Source of the DNA: a virus
Reading direction: 5' to 3' (one strand)
Virus record (IMG/VR): IMGVR_UViG_3300008807_000160
Span: 1 to 50,310 of that record
DNA: 50,310 nt
A model generated the notes under the pieces. It was given only the letters and a program-made list of their open reading frames with translations. It had not been told where the DNA came from and made no database searches. A program made the position numbers and the translations under genes. This document shows, one piece after another, positions 48,786 to 50,310 of this stretch; position 1 is the stretch's first letter, and every line of letters starts with the position of its first letter.

Positions 48786-50216
48786 ATGGCCGGACGCTTT
48801 AACAATCCCTATCCTCAGTTTCTGGACTCTACCCCGGAGGCGTATTCCGGCGGAAGCCTGACGTTCTATGCCAGCGGCACCAGCACGCTCCAGAGCGTCT
48901 ATTCCGACGAATCCCTCAGCACGCCGATCACAAATCCCGTTCCGCTCAATGCTGCCGGCAGGGCCTCCACAGACATCTTCCTTCAAGACCTGGAATACAA
49001 GGTCGTCCTGAAGGACTCCAGCGGCAATACCATCTGGACCGCCGATCCCGTTTCGGCGCGAGATTCGTCCCTGATCGCCAAGACCCTGACCGGGTCCGGT
49101 TCTCCGAACGGCAGCGTGGCGGGAACGGCCGGATCGAGCACGATCCTGCCCGACTTCTATTGGGATTATACCAATAACATTCTGTACGTCTGCACGACCA
49201 CGGGAACGTCCTCGACGGCTGTTTGGACCGCTGTCAATGCATCGAGCGCGACGGCTTCGGTGCCGCCTCCGCAAGGCCGCCTGACGCTCACCAGCGGAAC
49301 GCCTGTCTTGACCAGCGGCGTGACTGCGGCAACAGCCGTCTATTACACTCCGTTCATTGGCAACCAGGCCCCGATTTACAACGGGTCAACCATGGTCCCG
49401 ACAGAGTTCTCGGAACTCACGCTGACGCTGGCATCGAGCCATGCGGCGAACAACATCTACGACGTCTTTCTATTCAGCAATTCCGGCGTCGCCACCTTGG
49501 CGACCGGCCCTGCGTGGAGTTCGGCAACAGCCGGATCTGGCTCGCGCGGAACTGGCGCTGGCACGACCGAGCTGACGCGAGTCAAGGGGCTCTGGGTCAA
49601 CGCCGTTTCGATGACGGGAAGGAATGGGGCCACCACGTATACGATCGATGCGAACGCCGGGACATATCTCGGGTCGATCTTCATGGACAGTAGCAACGGC
49701 CAGGTGACGTGTCACACGGCCTTCGGCCAGTCCCGGAAGTGGGGCGTATGGAACGCTTACAATAGGCAGCCGATCACGCTGCTTGCTGGCGATTCAACGG
49801 CTTCTTGGACCTACTCGGCCGCAACAATCCGTCCTTCGAACAACAGCACCGCTAATTCCATGACAATTTTCATGGGCCTTGCGGAGCAGCGCATTCAAGT
49901 TGATTTTACGCAAACCAACAGAATTGCAACATCTACTACGAACAGTAGCGTGGCTTCATACACTATCGGCGTCGGTTGGAATTCGACGACGACCTTTTCC
50001 GGGATTCGCGGCAATGTTGAAAACCGCGTTGATGCGTCTTCCAGCGCAATTGATTTTACTTTTACAACTCCATCGCGATATGCGGTGGCTCCGTCAATAG
50101 GTATCAATGTTGCTACGTCTCTGGAGACAACCGGAGTGACAACCGGCGGCTCCCCAATCATCACCAGGTACGGCCAAGAAAGCGGAATGGCGCTGTCAAC
50201 CGTCTATCAGGGCTAG
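48786..50216 (+). CDS. Tail fibre protein
   Basis: 476 aa. The N-terminus GGSLTFYASGTSTLQSVYSDESLSTPITNPVPLNAAGR....YKVVLKDSSGNTIWTADPV resembles a common phage tail-fibre N-terminal domain (from memory). The last ~400 nt have lower GC (about 45-48% by manual count). Confidence 0.7.
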   Translation: MAGRFNNPYPQFLDSTPEAYSGGSLTFYASGTSTLQSVYSDESLSTPITNPVPLNAAGRASTDIFLQDLEYKVVLKDSSGNTIWTADPVSARDSSLIAKTLTGSGSPNGSVAGTAGSSTILPDFYWDYTNNILYVCTTTGTSSTAVWTAVNASSATASVPPPQGRLTLTSGTPVLTSGVTAATAVYYTPFIGNQAPIYNGSTMVPTEFSELTLTLASSHAANNIYDVFLFSNSGVATLATGPAWSSATAGSGSRGTGAGTTELTRVKGLWVNAVSMTGRNGATTYTIDANAGTYLGSIFMDSSNGQVTCHTAFGQSRKWGVWNAYNRQPITLLAGDSTASWTYSAATIRPSNNSTANSMTIFMGLAEQRIQVDFTQTNRIATSTTNSSVASYTIGVGWNSTTTFSGIRGNVENRVDASSSAIDFTFTTPSRYAVAPSIGINVATSLETTGVTTGGSPIITRYGQESGMALSTVYQG

Positions 50217-50310
50217 TCGATGGCCTCCTTCGTAGATGCCTGCAAGTTCATTGCACAATCCACGGGGACTGGCGATTTCGTCGTTTCTGGTCCGGCCCTT
50301 GGATATCAGA
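50212..50310. repeat. Terminal direct repeat, copy 2
   Basis: Identical to bases 1-99. It contains the tail-fibre stop codon (50214-50216) and a duplicate of the first 91 nt of the 9..614 gene. Confidence 0.95.

Larger units (their letters stand above)
1..50211. mobile_element. Complete temperate phage genome (one circular unit), podovirus-like gene content
   Basis: All expected modules are present: integrase, CI/Cro switch, recombination, regulation/replication, terminase-portal-scaffold-capsid, ejection proteins, fibres/spike and lysis. The contig closes on itself (1-99 = 50212-50310). No tail-tube, sheath or tape-measure-chaperone set was recognised. Confidence 0.85.

Noticed and set aside
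48786-50216. A diversity-generating retroelement targeting the fibre C-terminus (as in BPP-1-like podoviruses)
   Set aside because: There is no reverse-transcriptase ORF anywhere in the window. There is no non-coding template-repeat-sized gap near the fibre genes, and I could find no near-identical repeat of the fibre 3' end by eye.

Overview
The window is one complete, circularly closed temperate phage genome of about 50.2 kb. Bases 1-99 are identical to 50212-50310, so the unit length is 50211 bp. It is GC-rich (roughly 60% by eye).

The host is probably an alphaproteobacterium, because the phage carries GcrA-, GapR- and DnaA-domain-IV-like genes. Gene content looks podovirus-like: no tail tube, sheath or tape-measure-chaperone set, but three ejection/internal-virion proteins and several fibre/spike genes.

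Layout:
- **Late rightward operon, 30693 -> 50216, continuing across the junction to 9 -> 2653.** It holds small and large terminase, portal, a GroES-like gene, scaffold, capsid, neck/tail genes, an embedded GNAT, ejection proteins, a fibre, a fibre paralogue and a beta-helix spike.
- **2658-3019 (-).** Two small membrane-protein genes.
- **3077-4521.** Lysis cassette.
- **4643-6857.** A tightly coupled six-gene accessory operon ending in a terminator.
- **6923-8107.** A stand-alone SGNH hydrolase.
- **8129-24134 (-).** A long leftward block of about 50 mostly small ORFs. It includes integrase with arm-type repeats, a PAPS-reductase-like gene, a C5-methyltransferase, an HNH nuclease, and NinB, a YqaJ-type exonuclease, ERF and an AP2-domain protein.
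- **24135-25147.** A CI/Cro-type switch with four 15-bp operators, and a lipoprotein gene co-transcribed with the repressor.
- **25141-30393.** Rightward regulatory/replication block: GcrA-like, DnaA-C-like, GapR-like, a DUF559/Vsr-like nuclease, a replication-protein gene with an embedded ori-like GCTAGC cluster, a LuxR-type HTH and a NusG-like NGN protein.

All family names come from motifs I recognise by eye; nothing was searched. Start codons were chosen from Shine-Dalgarno (SD) sequences and stop/start overlaps. No tRNA, rRNA, CRISPR array or reverse transcriptase was seen.
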